Positions 24,420 to 38,340 of a stretch of 64,000 bases of DNA are shown piece after piece. The stretch comes from Glaucostegus cemiculus (lineage: Eukaryota). Position numbers and translations under genes: made by a program. The notes under the pieces were generated by a model. It worked only from the letters and a program-made list of their open reading frames with translations. It had not been told where the DNA came from and made no database searches. How positions within the stretch are numbered: the stretch's first letter is position 1; the number at the start of each line of letters is the position of its first letter. The DNA is taken from NCBI GenBank assembly GCA_976551045.1, contig CDPCPM010000007.1, forward strand, positions 8,370,001 to 8,434,000, written 5' to 3'.

Positions 24420-24545
24420 ACAATACCGTCTCAGCATTGCACCAGCTAGTCAATCTGGCATGTGTCTGGGTCTTTTGGAGTGGGGCACGAACCCATAAAC
24501 TTCTGACGGATGCAATTATGCTGCCATTGAGGCAAAGGCAACACC
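24420..24545 (-). mobile_element. Deu-SINE 5' head fragment
   Basis: ggagtggggcacgaacccataaacttctgac is the reverse complement of a tRNA-like B-box region. Confidence 0.5.
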
Positions 24546-24899
24546 TAAAGTATTCACGCCACACATCTGTTTCCTCTTAGCCTCTCATTACACATCTACA
24601 TAAATAGTTTCTTTAAAGATCCACTTCATCTTCAAAGTGGGTTTCCTTCTACATGTCTAAAAGATTTCATTGCAACTGCCTTGCTGCTGTCTACACTGCA
24701 TTTTTCTAGTGGCCTTTTATCTCCTTGTAACATCAGTGTTCATAAATGTGTTATTGCTATTTGTATACAGTTATACTCAACACCTGGGTGATTTTTGACT
24801 TGCCCTACAACCACTGATTCTTGTGTTGTGCTCAGCTGGTCATGCTCTCCTTTGAATCTTGCTTTTCTCATTCATTTTCTTGAACACTACAGTGTCTAG

Positions 24900-25148
24900 A
24901 GATAGAACATAGATACCTACAGCACAATTCAGGCCCTTCGGCCCACAAAGCTGTGCCGAACATGTCCCCACACTATTAGGCTTACCCATAACCTTCTATC
25001 TTATTTACCTCCATATACCTATCCAACAGTCTCTTGAAAGACCCCAACGTATCCGCCTCCACCACCATCTCCGGCAGCCCATTCCACGCACTCACCACTC
25101 TCTGAGTAAAAAACTTACCCCTAACATCTCCCCTATATCTTCCCCCCA
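24900..25148 (-). mobile_element. CR1 LINE 3' end (young)
   Basis: Encodes GGRYRGDVRGKFFTQRVVSAWNGLPEMVVEADTLGSFKRLLDRYM*, then a GGGCCGAAGGGCCTG 3'UTR with CpGs retained. Confidence 0.9.
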
Positions 25149-25368
25149 ACAGATCAGAAATGTTTATTCTTACTGCACTGGACATATATAATTTTACTTC
25201 AAAGTGTCAAGTGTGGAACTTTCTGTTAACTGGCGGTCAGTCAGTTATTATTATACAACGTAAATCATGACAGGATTACATTGCATTCTGTGAAGTGCAA
25301 TAAGTTCTCAGCTGGCAGACTTTTGAAGAGAAAACACAGTTTATTGAGGTAGATTTTAAACTGCTTAC

Positions 25369-25569
25369 GGTTGTGAGTAGCTTCTCCACACAGTCTGGTG
25401 CCACGCTGTGTAAGTGGGTCAGGTGGAGCTGGAGATGTATCTTGTTGCTGAGGACATCCTGACAGAGAGGGCAGCAGATGACTGGCTGCATGGAATGTTG
25501 GGACATGACATGCATCTGGATCCTGTTTGCATCCTTACTGTTATAATTACAGTAAGGGCACTGGTAAAG
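25369..25569 (-). CDS. ZFHX4: ZFHX4 internal exon (201 nt, two C2H2 fingers)
   Basis: tttggtttcAG|CTT TAC CAG TGC; [67 protein letters not shown]|GTAAGC; phase 0-0. Confidence 0.96.
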
Positions 25570-26150
25570 CTGAAACCAAATAGCATGTAATACAATTTAT
25601 ATTAAAAGCTAGTGGAACATAACAGCAAAACTTCCCGTGCTCTGCCTTTTTTTTAAAATGATTTGCATATCATTTAATTCTGTAGTGAGATATTAACAGT
25701 ACATTCATAAAACATGAAGTCAAATTGAATACAATGTTTATTCCTTCATTTCAACAAGGGCCAGTTCAATACTGAAAGAAAAAGTAGCTAATCGAATTGT
25801 CCTCACATTTCACAATAAAATTTTGAATCAAGTATACTTCTTTCAAATAGATTTATCACTGTGAAAAATTAGACTCACGTTGTATTTTGCTAATTTCAGT
25901 ACTTTGAAAGAAGGCCCTGTTTATAATGCAGGAATTTCTTGCATTATTGCCAAAAATTAAGGCAAGTTGGCTTTAACCAATAATTGAAAGCTGAATGATT
26001 TACATCAACTTACGGCAATTGCAAAATTTCACAATTGTCAGGAAACATAGAACAGATAATTGCTGGTAAACAAAGAACAATTAATTGGAAAAAAATAATA
26101 AGCAGAAGGTTAAAATAAAGCAAGTGAAGCAATATTTTTTTGTCTCTTAC

Positions 26151-26287
26151 CTGCTCCTGACTGGGTTTACTGCTACCAGATGAGCGAGGTCTCTTGGAAG
26201 AAACGTCTTCATCTCCCCCCTGCGGTAGTGACCGTTTTTCCACCAAAGGACTTTCTTGAGGTTCTGAACATATCACATCAGTTCCTT
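26151..26287 (-). CDS. ZFHX4: ZFHX4 internal exon (137 nt, or 134 nt from the distal AG)
   Basis: ttctctTAG|AAG|GAACT acceptor; GTDVICSEPQESPLVEKRSLPQGGDEDVSSKRPRSSGSSKPSQEQ|GTAAGA; phase 1 to 0. Confidence 0.88.
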
Positions 26288-27842
26288 CTAAGAGAATATA
26301 ATTTATCAACATGTGAACAAATTAGCAAAAGAAAAATCAAAGATCTTCAATGTAATCATTCATGAGATTTACTTCTGCAAACTGGTGGAAAGACCATTTT
26401 GACTTAGATTGTCATTTAAAGGGACAAGCTTGTTAAAGATTTCACTTTCTCACAAATAAACAGCTAGCATTTTAATTGAAAGTGGTGCATTCGATTAATA
26501 CAAAACAGAATGGTGCGTTATTTTGTTTGCTACTCATCATATCTAGAAGTGGGAATAACCAACAGCAAAATACAACAATAATTAAAATATATTTTGTTTT
26601 CTCAAATGAAAATCTGTTTGTCTTTACATCTAAGTAGTGTATCCCAATATTTATTTGTTTCATCTCTATCAGCACCTCAGTTTGTGAGTGGATAACTGAT
26701 TATAAACACCTCCCACTGGTTGGGAAGAACAACCTCCATTGTCAGAATTCTTGTTTAGTGGGCACTGATTCAGAAAGTTATCACCTCTGTATTCAACAGC
26801 ATGATTCTGGTAATTCAGACCGCAGTTGATTCCCGGCTTTGATATTTTAGAAAAATGCCCAGCTCTATTTTGTTTCTGTAGCCTCTAAAAACAGAGTTGC
26901 AGTATCAATTCAAGAAAACTAAAAAGAGTCAAATAAAATAATGGGAAACATACAGATATTCTTGTGCTAATTTGGAAAAATTATCCACTAGCCAAAATCT
27001 TTTATATACATTTGAACCAAAGGATTAAGTGACAATGTGAAATAGAATTTCCACCAACCAAAAAGTTATTCTTGTTTCATTAAAATTTAAACAAAAATTG
27101 CAAAACAGGCCAACTTGATAAATCTAATAATTGGCTGTTTAGATAACCTCTTGCTAGCTTGGAAGATTAATCAATATTACTCTTTGACCAGCTCAGCAGT
27201 CTGGATTCCAATCTGCTTCAATTCAGAACACTACATTTGACAAAAAGATCAGCCTATGTAAACATTAACTGTGTTTTACGCGCTAAACAGAATTATATGT
27301 TTATGTCTGCTGTGCATTCCTAGATCGTTATTGATGGTCAAAGTTTTTTTTAGCTACAGTAATGAATGCCACTCTATTTCACACAAATGAAATTCAAGCT
27401 AAATTTACTCTACCTGTGATACAAACATTTGGAATAAAAGTCTAGCCAACTCCATGTTACACAGAAACAAAAATCAGACACATCGGAGACGAGGGTGCAG
27501 TGCAGATTTCCCAGTGTATCACAGTATTCTTTCAACAACAAATTGCGAGATAATCTTTTATTCCAGTTGGATATTACACTGCTGTTGGGTAGGCATGTCA
27601 CATACATCTCATGGCAAACAGAAAACCTCATTTACCAGCCTTTCCAATCTCATCCCTGCTCAGCACCGTCTGACATTTTTCAGCTGTTTATTATAAGCAC
27701 TTCTAATTTTAACTTTCAATTTTCACCATCTTCCAGTCAATTTGAAACTAAATTATCTTGAAATTGACGATAGCATCACTGGACAATGTCGTGAAAATAT
27801 ATCTTATAATGCAATGAAGATGAGCAATTGATTGCTATCAGA

Positions 27843-27877
27843 TGTATGTATGTGTATATATGTGTGTATATTATACA

Positions 27878-27921
<44 letters not shown>

Positions 27922-27950
27922 ATATCATATATGTGTGTATATTATATGTG
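27843..27950. repeat. (TA)n/(TG)n compound microsatellite
   Basis: Pure TA run at about 27879-27913 within alternating purine-pyrimidine sequence. Confidence 0.95.
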
Positions 27951-30900
27951 ATGACTATACTATTTGATAAATACACAAATGATTTAAATGAAACATGAGA
28001 GTGAAACTATTTTAAATGGATGACAGTATGTAAATTCTAATATATGCAATTTCTACTACACGTTCTTAGAACTGTCTTCATGACAAGAGCTATCGTTAGT
28101 AGAAAAAAGCGGACATTTTTTGTCTGCAGACAAATACTTTTACCTCATAAACGCTATATTTTGACAAGCAAGTCCTTAAGCAGCACATATTACATTTATG
28201 GCTGACATTTAATTTTTATTAACATTATGTTTAATACTCAGCTTTAGAGCTTGCTGTCACATTCCTTAACATAAAATTGTTTCTGCTTATGTATGTATTC
28301 TGACCTCATTTTATTTTCACCTATAAAATAAAGCACTATTCTAAGTAGCTGCCACACGATATTTCTCAGAATGACACAGGTTTTTCAAGATCCCAGGAGC
28401 TTGGTCAATTACAACAAAACAAAATGTGGTGTGTGATATTTGCGCAGCACGGATCTAGTCTACAAGTCAGGCAATTAACCTGGCTGTTGATTGCAGCTGT
28501 CTGAGAGATTTGATTTTCAAGAATCGCCCTGACATTGCTTATCAACTTGAAAATAATATGGCACTATTAACATAGAATAATCTAGTTAGTATACCATTCC
28601 AATTATTGCCTAGTGGGCTCAAATAAAATGCACTTACCTATTATGCTTCCCATCCAAATGCCTACTATTCCTAAATTAATTTTTGACTTATGTCTAAGCC
28701 TCAGCCATCATTGTTTGTGGTATAATATGTTTTTGTTGCTAGTAATAATTGGCACTGAATTATCCACATGCATTAAAAGTGTCAAGAATGAAAAAAAATC
28801 AAAATGATTCTTACATAATATGTAAAAACAATTTTATCTATTCCAAACACTAATAGGCTTACTGCTAACATGTAATGAAATTGACTCAAAATGAGTGAAG
28901 CAAAACAATATATTTAAACAGCTAAAATAGAGAATGAAAATGAGAAAGTACAGTTCTGGGTGCCAATCAACTCCTTACAAAGAACCTAAGACGCTAAATA
29001 GAAGTTCTAGCTTGTTGGCTACTTGCATTTAATGAAACCATTAACACTGTCCTAAAGAACTTCATTTTTTAAATATTGAAGATCACTTATTTGTACCATT
29101 TTGTAAGGCTAAACCCATTATTGACATAATCATGAATTATAGTAAACTGATCTTAAGTACAATTGCCAGTATAATGTATAGCCAGACAGGCATTGTGTTT
29201 ACATACAATCTTATATATCCATGAGAATTAATTATACATCAGTTTAAAATAATGTTTGCAAAATATCAAAACATCATTTTGGGTTTTGCACATGGTAATG
29301 TTTGGAACTGGTTAATTCAGGGAGAGAAGTGCTGTATGTATTAGCTAAAAATCTACAGATCACAAATGTCATATTTACAAGCTAATTTAATATTTTATGC
29401 CTCATCTTTGTCTTTCAAAAATAGAAATCAATTCTTATGTATTCAGGCTACAAAAGTAGCCATCTGCATATTTCCAATGCTGATTGTAAAATTACCACAT
29501 TTTCTGATTCAAAGGATCATTCTAAATCTGCAGCATTAAGTAGTACAATCTCTCAAAATTAAAACTTACTTCAATTTTATTTTTGTTCTATATATGCAGA
29601 ACTCTCCTAAATGAGTTAGTTGGCTTCAAACATTTGAAATGACCAGAGGTAAATAAAATACAATAGCAGAAGTAGTGCTTTTCCATTACATTTTACATCT
29701 CTTGTCATTGATGTGAAATACAGAGATGGAAAAGTAGGTTAACTATTACTGACCCGTAGTTCAAATGGCAACATTTAAATGTCAAACTAAGTCATGCATC
29801 AAGCCCTAAGCTCAAACTTTGCACCAGTATGCCTATGGTTGAATAATAATGTTTTGCAGCAATATTCTGATTAGCTATGAAGAAAATACCTTTAAAAATC
29901 AGATTGCAAATTATACATCCTTGATGTTTTAGTTTTATTTCAATGCACCCATCATGAATTATGACTTTACTGCTTAGTGAATTTCTAAATTGTATTAAAA
30001 TAATAAAACTAAATTAATGTGATTAAGGAAAGCTGGCTCATAAATGAAGTTACGTTCGTTGGTAATATTACTTGGAATAATGAAGGTTAATTTACATTTT
30101 ACTTGTGTTTACTGTATTATTAAAACTGTTTCCTTAAGCTATGTCAGAGACACATTACACTTATGCAGTGAAGAACTAATCTGGAGTTTATCCAGATTAA
30201 TACATTTGCATAGAAAATGTAATTTTGATTATAATTAATCTAAAGTGACACTAGATTAAAATGACAATATAAATGAGATATGGGTGAGTTCTGCTTCACC
30301 AGACATATTTTCAGTCCAGTAAAAGCTACTTGTACTTGAGGTCCTGACTTCTACATCCTGATTATACCAATGTACCAATTATTGAAATAAACTCATGTAT
30401 GCGACAATATGGTGACACAAGTATTCTAACACTGAGAGAAATGACAAGGGTTTAACTATTAACTGGGCTTTATTTCCTAGGGCTTGTATTGCATAATCTA
30501 GAGTGATTTTGAAATTATGAGATGTGGAAATCTATTTTCCTGATGCACAGACAATCTGGCCAGATTTGAGCCTGCACGGTAGTAATGGTGCAAATAAGCA
30601 TACCGATTGTAATATGCTTAACTAAAATATTCTTTACTAATCTTCATAAGAAGCAGCAGTGCTTTCTTTTCTTAAAAAAAAGCCACTTATTTTCACAGAT
30701 TCATTTTTAGAGTCCTCACCTTCTGTGTATGAAAAGAAATGTACACTTGGAACCAACAGTCTTTAACCTATTTCAGTGCCCTGCCTCACTACATCTAACA
30801 TAATGTGACGCTGCCTAGCGTGCTGCAGGGAGAGCCAACATAATATTAATATGACTGTGGTTTTCTCTTTGATACAAAATTAAAAAAAATACAAACTAAG

Positions 30901-31501
30901 AAACAACAATGGCAGATCATGCACCCAGCAATATCTGCCAAGGAAAATATAGAAAAGACTCTCTGGTATTTTTACCAGATGCTGGTTTAATGCAAGATGC
31001 CATTAAACCCAGACAATTACTGCAAAATGTATTAATGCAGAATTTATTGCTCAGGTAGTAAAGGCTGCTTTGTATTACGAAGGAAAATGACTTAAAAAAA
31101 AGACCGAAAGGCCTCTGGTCAACGATACTGATATACCTTGGCATAATGGAAAAAATACATGATTGGTATCTAATCCTGAGCTTAAACAAAATTAATATGT
31201 CATCAGAGGAATCACAAGTACAGCAAAGATTAATGAAAGGCGCTTAAAATTACAAGCACGCAAACTTATTTGATTAAAAAATAATCTCACTAGCCATTCT
31301 GTAATATTCTCCAACTTATCCTCATCTATCCTGTCAGATGGTTATGATTAAAAATAGGTCAGCATGAGGCTACTGATAGAAATCACATGTAAAACACACA
31401 TGTGATGAATACGGATTGAGACGGGGGAGGGGAACTGGGGACATAATTTTAAGATCAAAGAAAATTTAATATGGAAAAATGACAAAATCTACAAGTATTA
31501 C

Positions 31502-31618
31502 CAGAGTCTTTGTCAGACTTCTTGTTTTCTTTGTTGTCTTTTTCACTGGTATCCTTGTTATCAGTAGCAGCTGAAACAGTGGTTTTACTAGGTCCTTCGG
31601 AGTCTTCACTTTGCTCGT
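31502..31618 (-). CDS. ZFHX4: ZFHX4 internal exon (117 nt; EQSEDSEGPSKTTVSAATDNKDTSEKDNKENKKSDKDS)
   Basis: ttttaattgcAG acceptor, G|GTAATA donor, phase 1-1, open frame; similar to recalled human EQSEEAEG...KDTSERDN...KDSG. Absent from the ORF track. Confidence 0.9.
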
Positions 31619-34611
31619 CTGCAATTAAAATTGTAAAAGAGATTAGGACGACAGATTAAAAACTGTTAAGGATTTGTTTAGGGGAAACATTTACTGTATT
31701 CAATATCTTGTACTTCACAGAGAGTTAAAAAAATTAAAATATAAAATGTGCTCCAGTACCAATTTCAATGTTTCTACTTTCAAGAAGATCAACTATTTTC
31801 TAAATATTACTTACCACTTTTAAATCTACAATAACATACTTAATGGAATGCCTGGATCCAAATTTAATTGACTTTGAACTTTGGATGGTTTTGCAATAAC
31901 AACCATTAATATGATTATTGAACTATATGTGTGGCGATAAGTAACAATAGAAAATTGATAGTTTAATTGTTCACAGGATTTTATTGACCTTGTATAATCG
32001 AACATGGCTAAGCCCAATATTTACAGAATGCCAAAATTGAAAATTCGAACAGTTTAGCTCTCAGGTAATATTGATTAGAAAATGTATGACTAATTTCAGA
32101 CTACCTATAGGGGGCAGTATTTTAGATATAATGTAATATTTCTTCAAGCACCATACCGTTGACACCCATTTGAAATGTTTGCTAAAGAAAGATTACAATG
32201 CATTATTCCATCTATATCTACATTCAAATCTATAAATACAAAAGCCGACACCAATTTAAATAGTTATGTGTTCTTCCAAGCTGTAATGGTGCTGGATTAA
32301 TCAGTTTATTCAGTTAGCTGCATAGCTAAGGTTATGCAGCACTAATCCATGAAATGCCCACTGTTCCTTTTCATCCTGTGATCATTTGTCTCTCACTGTG
32401 TTGATGTCACATTTTAATGAATTTTTAGCAGTCTGAGTAATGCCAGATAACCAGGCCTGCAACTCCCACAGCACTGCATGCTGCGTTCATTGCATTGCAA
32501 AATAAAAATCATATTTGCAGGTCCCGGTAGGAATTAAACAAATTGGGAGATGGAAAGAAAATGGCGCAGTATCCTGTCGGTCACAGCAAAAGACTGCACT
32601 CATCAGATTCATAAAATCTTAATAACCATAAGAATTGACCCTGAGGAGGCGAACAGGTCCCGAGCACACTGACATATAGTCCCCCAGTCCTTGTTTGATA
32701 AGCAATGCCTTTGTTAACTGACTAAGACAAGTTAACCCCTTAAGTTCCATATTACTATATCATTTTGCATTTAAGCACAATGCATCAGCTCAGGAATAAA
32801 TATAATACAACATTTTCATTGCAAATGCTAAAGTGATTGAAGAGAGGAAAATGAGCGCACTCTGAATGCTATGTTTTATTGATAGTGTTCTGACAGCAGG
32901 ATGAAATATTCCCTGTTATATGCAGCAGCTGGTTGCAAAAATTGCTAGTTTAGCATTAAGATGACTTTTGGGTGACAGCATTCCAAAATTCTGAAATGCA
33001 GAAATAATAAAGCTGAGTGCTGTGCTCAATCAGCGGATTAAAAATATTCTACATGGATATAAAATGCTATGTTTGCTTTAACACATAGGCACAGATTGTT
33101 TAATTTTACTTTATCAATCTGAAATCACTTCAGTTTATTTGCTGTACATATTAGAAATGATTTGAGTAGGTTTTGCCTTCACACAAAGTCAAGAAATGGG
33201 ATAATTTTAAACTGATCTCTTTTAATCCATCTCAAGGGTATGTTAAAAACAGATTGATCTAAATTGATTTGTACCTTGATGTGCACAGATTAACCCGGTT
33301 CAGAGTGATTAGAATTGGTTTCCGAACTCTATTAGACTGCATCTATTTCCCTTATTTGTCTCAATGGTAGCATGTCCGTATTTTACCAATCCTGATTGTT
33401 AATCAAAGAGAAGACTCTGCAAGCTCACTGGTCACAGTAGGTGGACGGGGATGTACTTGTAAAGGTGGTAGGGGATCACAGTTTGGGATGCTGACAATCT
33501 CTGATCATAACCTGATTGTGCTGTGTTAATATCAAGTGTACACACAGCTCATATCCAGTGCAGGGGCCTACAACCTAAGAAAGCTTGCAAAAGACCTTTC
33601 TTTCTCATCCTTGGGAATTTATGCATTGTTCTTTCACTGGATTTACTGACCCATTTCCCGTGGGCAAGGAAATGAAGTGTCACGGAGTGTCCTTACCTTC
33701 AGGGGACATGAAATTTTCAAGGCTATCACGCCACACATTAATAAAACATGGTGTGTTAAAAGGCAAATTATGAACCCAGTAAGAGTGACTATCATCTGGG
33801 TCTCATCAGTCAGTTTGCTCGGCCCTCTTCTGCCTTTCTGGTATGTGTTTTAAGAGCGAGAGAAATTCCCAGACATGTTCTCCTATACATCATCATGGAG
33901 TCTGACCCTGGCCTGACCCTCACAACAGTTTGACTAATCTGAACGTGAACAAAGACTTTGTGTCAGCAGCACAGAGCAACTGTGGGATAGACTCCCCATC
34001 AACTTAATAGCAAACAGCAGTGCTGAGGCTATAACTTTAGAGGGTTCCTGCGTGCCACAAACAAATAAAATGTCTGAGGCAAGCTATCCACCAGATACAT
34101 ACTTTTGTTCTTTTACCTCTCCTTTTACTCACATCCACCAATGGAAAAATGTGTGTAAAGAAGCAAAGGAGGCTTGTTAGGAACTAGAAGCCGTTTATAG
34201 AAAAAGACATATTTTAAACCCTGAGCCCATTGTTCAGTTATTTATTAATTCAACACTATGTGCATTAAAAAGTTAAATCCTGCCAGTGAAATATTTAAAA
34301 TATGATGTAAATACATCAGGAAAGAAATATCTTATCTGGATTGATAATGAAGTGTGCAGTTCTGACATTTAAAAAAAATTACCCTGATTTTTCTCATTGT
34401 ATTGACTACTAAATGTGAGGTCATGTGCCGCAGAAATTAAAAAGAATGATAGTCGAGTAATATTTCCTTGGCTACAAGGAAAAGACGAAAGTGTATCAAA
34501 TTAATGGCTGAAGCAGAACATGGCAGTCTATTTGCTTAATACATTTCTCATTAGAAAATTGAAGTCTATCAAGGCAACAGAGTCTAAAATGAGCATAGAG
34601 TTGCTTTTAAT

Positions 34612-35650
34612 GCAAGAACACAAAGGCACAAGAAAATAGGAGCAGGACCAGGCCCGAAACATGCCCTGTTCAATAATGATCATAGTTTATCTATACTGGC
34701 CTCAACTCCTTGTCTGTGCCAGTTCCCCACAACCCCTAATTCCTCAATCTATCAAATATTTATCTATCTGCAGCTTAAATATATCTAATGATCTGCCCTC
34801 CACCACCCTTGGGGGCAGAGAATTCCAAAGATTCACTACCCTTTGAGAGAAGAAATTTCTACGCACCTCAGTTTTAAATGACCAGCCCCTTATTTTGTAG
34901 CTCTGTCCCCTTGTTCATGACTCTTCCACTTGTGAGCATATCTCAATGTCCATCCTGTTAAGCCCTTATAGGATCTTGCATGTTTGAATAAGGTTACCCC
35001 TCATTCTTCTAAACCCTAGTGAGTATGGACCCAAAGGACAACCCTTTCTTATCCCAGGAATTAGCCTGGTGAATCTTCTCAGGGCTGCTTCCAATGTTAA
35101 ATCATCCTTTTTCAGGTAAGGTAACTGTGCACAGTATTTCCAGGTGTGGTCTCAATAACGCAGTGAACAACTGTAACACAGTCATTCTGAAAGTCCAGCT
35201 CCTTCGCAATAAAGGCCAAATGTCATTTACCTTCTTAACTGCCTGTTCTTTTTTTGTGACTCATACGCCAGAACACCTAGATCCCTCTGAACTTCAGTCA
35301 TTTTCAGTCTCTCTCCATTTAGATAGTAATTCACTTTTTGACTCCTCTTACCGAAGTGCATGACCTCACACTTCCCCACATTAAACTCCATTTGCCGGGT
35401 TTATGCTCAATCACTCAATCTATCTATATCCTGTTGAAGAATTACAATATCCTCATCACAACATGCCCGTCCATCTATTTTCGTATGAACAGCAAACTTG
35501 GAAACCTTACATTTCATTCTCTCCTCCAGTTCATTAACGTAAATAGAAAGCAATTGAGGGCCAAGAACTGATCCCTGGGGTACTCCACTAGTTACATCCC
35601 TCCAGCCTGAAAATAACCCATTTATTCCAACTCTTTGTTTTCTACGTGAC
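34612..35650 (-). mobile_element. CR1 LINE, 5'-truncated, RT region
   Basis: RKQRVGING.FSGWRDVTSGVPQGSVLGPQL...SKFA; degraded toward the 3'UTR. Confidence 0.9.
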
Positions 35651-36639
35651 AGCATAGGGTTAATTACATGCATGGGAAAAACATTATACACACTACCATG
35701 GCGAATATTGAAGCTCTGGGTTATCTTAATCCTGACTGAATTTAGTTAACAAAAAACTACAATGTTAAGTGATCTCTAAAGTGAGTTTAATATTATTAGC
35801 TGTCTTCGTTTGTAACAGATATATCACATGCTCACAGATGTTCCAATATTATAGATTTGTCCTTCAACAGTAATTTTTGCTGGATATTTTTCATCAGGAA
35901 AACTAATGGTTTATGCACATACTATCATTCTTAACATGAAATGCTCAAGAAAAGGTGACTTAAGCAACTTTGATGACAAAAAGGCTCAAAAGCATATTCT
36001 GATTATGCTAATAGCACCACAATACTACACATGAAAACAACATAAAAATTTATCTAAATTTAACAATATGAACAATTATGTACTAATTAGTTAATTAGGA
36101 AAATCTAATACTAATTGGTTCAATATTATTAATACATACTTTGAACATGCTGTTGAAGGAAAACTACAATTAATTTCCAATGTCCACAGCTTAAATTATA
36201 AAGGTAAGATTTTCACCTTCTCCTAAGCATTTAACACTGCACCGCCAGACCTTATATCCTCAATCCAAGTTGCCACTCAGTGTCAGTGATCAAAGGGAGA
36301 TGAATTTCCAGAAGGTGGTGGTTGTCCTGTTGCCCTCAAGGTACCTCTCCCTTTAATAGGCAGAACACTGTAATGCTGCAATAGGTCTATCCTTGGTCAA
36401 GATCAAGAGTCTTCCTCCTTCCACCAAATACAGATCAAAAGCTTCCTTAGGAGAATCAAGTTCAAATGATATTTCCACATGAAAACAGGGCTGAATTCTG
36501 GCCTCCTGAATGAATATCCATGCTCTTTTTGTAGCTTTAAGGCTTCTACTACAACTCATTCATTTAAAAACAGTATTTTTGCTTTTAGTCAAAGATGGAT
36601 AACAGAACAAAGAATAGCACTCAGCCACTATCCTGACAT

Positions 36640-36962
36640 CCATAGAATGCACTACAACAACATGCCTGTGCCACCTCAACAGCTTGTCCCAAACCTGAGA
36701 CTCCTACCACTAAGAAGGACAAGGCAACAGGCATTTGGGAAAGACACCACCAGTTGATTCCCCTCCATGTCATATTCTGACTTGAAAGTATATTGCTGTT
36801 GCTAAATCCTGGAATTCTCTGCCTAACAGCACTGTGGCAAACCTTCACTGGAAGAGCTACGGTTGTTTGAGGAGGTGATTCACCACCTTGTCAAGGGCAA
36901 TATGGGATGGGCAATAAATGCTGGTCTTCTCAGTGATAACTCCATGCTGCAAAATGAATTAA
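36640..36962 (+). mobile_element. Non-LTR retroelement 3' end
   Basis: aaatcctggaattctctgcctaacagcactgtgg...caagggcaatatgggatgggcaataaatgctgg; tail recurs several times in the window. Confidence 0.7.
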
Positions 36963-37486
36963 AAATTACAAGGAAGGTTGTTGTCTAATGAAATCCTTGA
37001 AATTATCTTTATCTTTATACAACAACTTTTATTTGAAATCTTCAATATCATTTCTGTTCCGTGTTCAGAGATGAAGCTTTATTAAATGCTTTGGCTCTAA
37101 TTTTTATTCTTTACTTATGATGCTTGATGCTACACCTTAACTGTCAAAGCCACAGTTTTCAATTTCGAAAGTCAGGTTAGATGGAAGTAATGGAGGCTTA
37201 CGGACAAAAGCCACTGATAAAACTTACAATTTCTATTTGAATGTTACTCTCAGTGTTTACCGCCCAATCATATTATGATATGGTCTTTGGGAGCTGTGAA
37301 TTATGTGGACTATAATGAAGTTCATGATTTAGTGAATAGTCTATAACCAATCCATGAAACTTGACCTAAAACAAACATACAGCAAAATTATGAAGCCTGC
37401 TGTATGGGACTGCTTCTTATAAGGTTGCTTTAAAGGATATTCTCCACGTATTACATCTAACAATAAAATCCACCAATGATTTTCAG

Positions 37487-38340
37487 TATTGGTATTGGTT
37501 TATTATTGTCACTTGTACCGAGGTACAATGAAAAGCTTGTCTTACAAACCGAGTGTACAGGTCAATTGTAATAATAAAGTGAAGTTACATTGAGTTAGTA
37601 CAGAGTGCATTGATGTAGTACAGGTAAAAACAATAACAGTACAGAATAAAGTGTCACAGCTACAGAAAAAGTGCAGTGCAATAAATTGCGAGGTCACAAC
37701 AAGGTAGATTGTAAGGTCGTAGTCCATCTCATTGTATAAGGGAACTGTTCAATAGTCTTATCACAGTGGAGTAGAAGCTGTCCTTATGTCTGGTGGTACG
37801 TGGCTTCAGGCTCCTGTATCTTCTACCCAATGGAAGAGGAGAGAGGAGAGAATGTCCTGGGTGGGTGGGGTCTTTCATCATGCTGGCTGCTTCACCAAGA
37901 CAACGAGAGGTAAAGACAGAGTCCAAGGAGGGGAGGCTGGTGTCCGTAATGTGCTGGGCTGTGTCCACAACTCTCTGCAGTTTCTTGTGGTTCTGGGCAG
38001 AGCAGTTGCCGTACCAAGCTGTGATACATCCAGACAGGATGGTGTATCTGTAAAAGTTGGTTTGTCCCGTTTGACTCTCACCAAATTTCTTTAGCCTCCT
38101 GAGGAAGTAGAGGTGCTGGTGAGCTTTCTTGGCCATGGCTTCCACGTGATTTGACCAGGACAGGCTGATGTTCACTCCCAGGAACTTGAAGCTCTCACCC
38201 CTCTCGACCTCAGCACCATTGATGTAGACAGGTGCATATATACTGCCCACTTTCCTGAAGTCAATGACCAGCTCTTTTGTTTTGTTGACATTGAGGACAA
38301 GGTTGTTGTCATGACACCATTCCACTAAGCTCTCTATCCC
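37487..38340 (-). mobile_element. Rex1/Babar-type LINE, 5'-truncated, RT C-terminal ORF 37729-38340
   Basis: WCHDNNLVLNVNKTKELVIDFRK...FKFLGVNI...AHQHLYFLRRLKKFG; minus-strand tail AATAAACCAATACCAATA. Confidence 0.92.
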
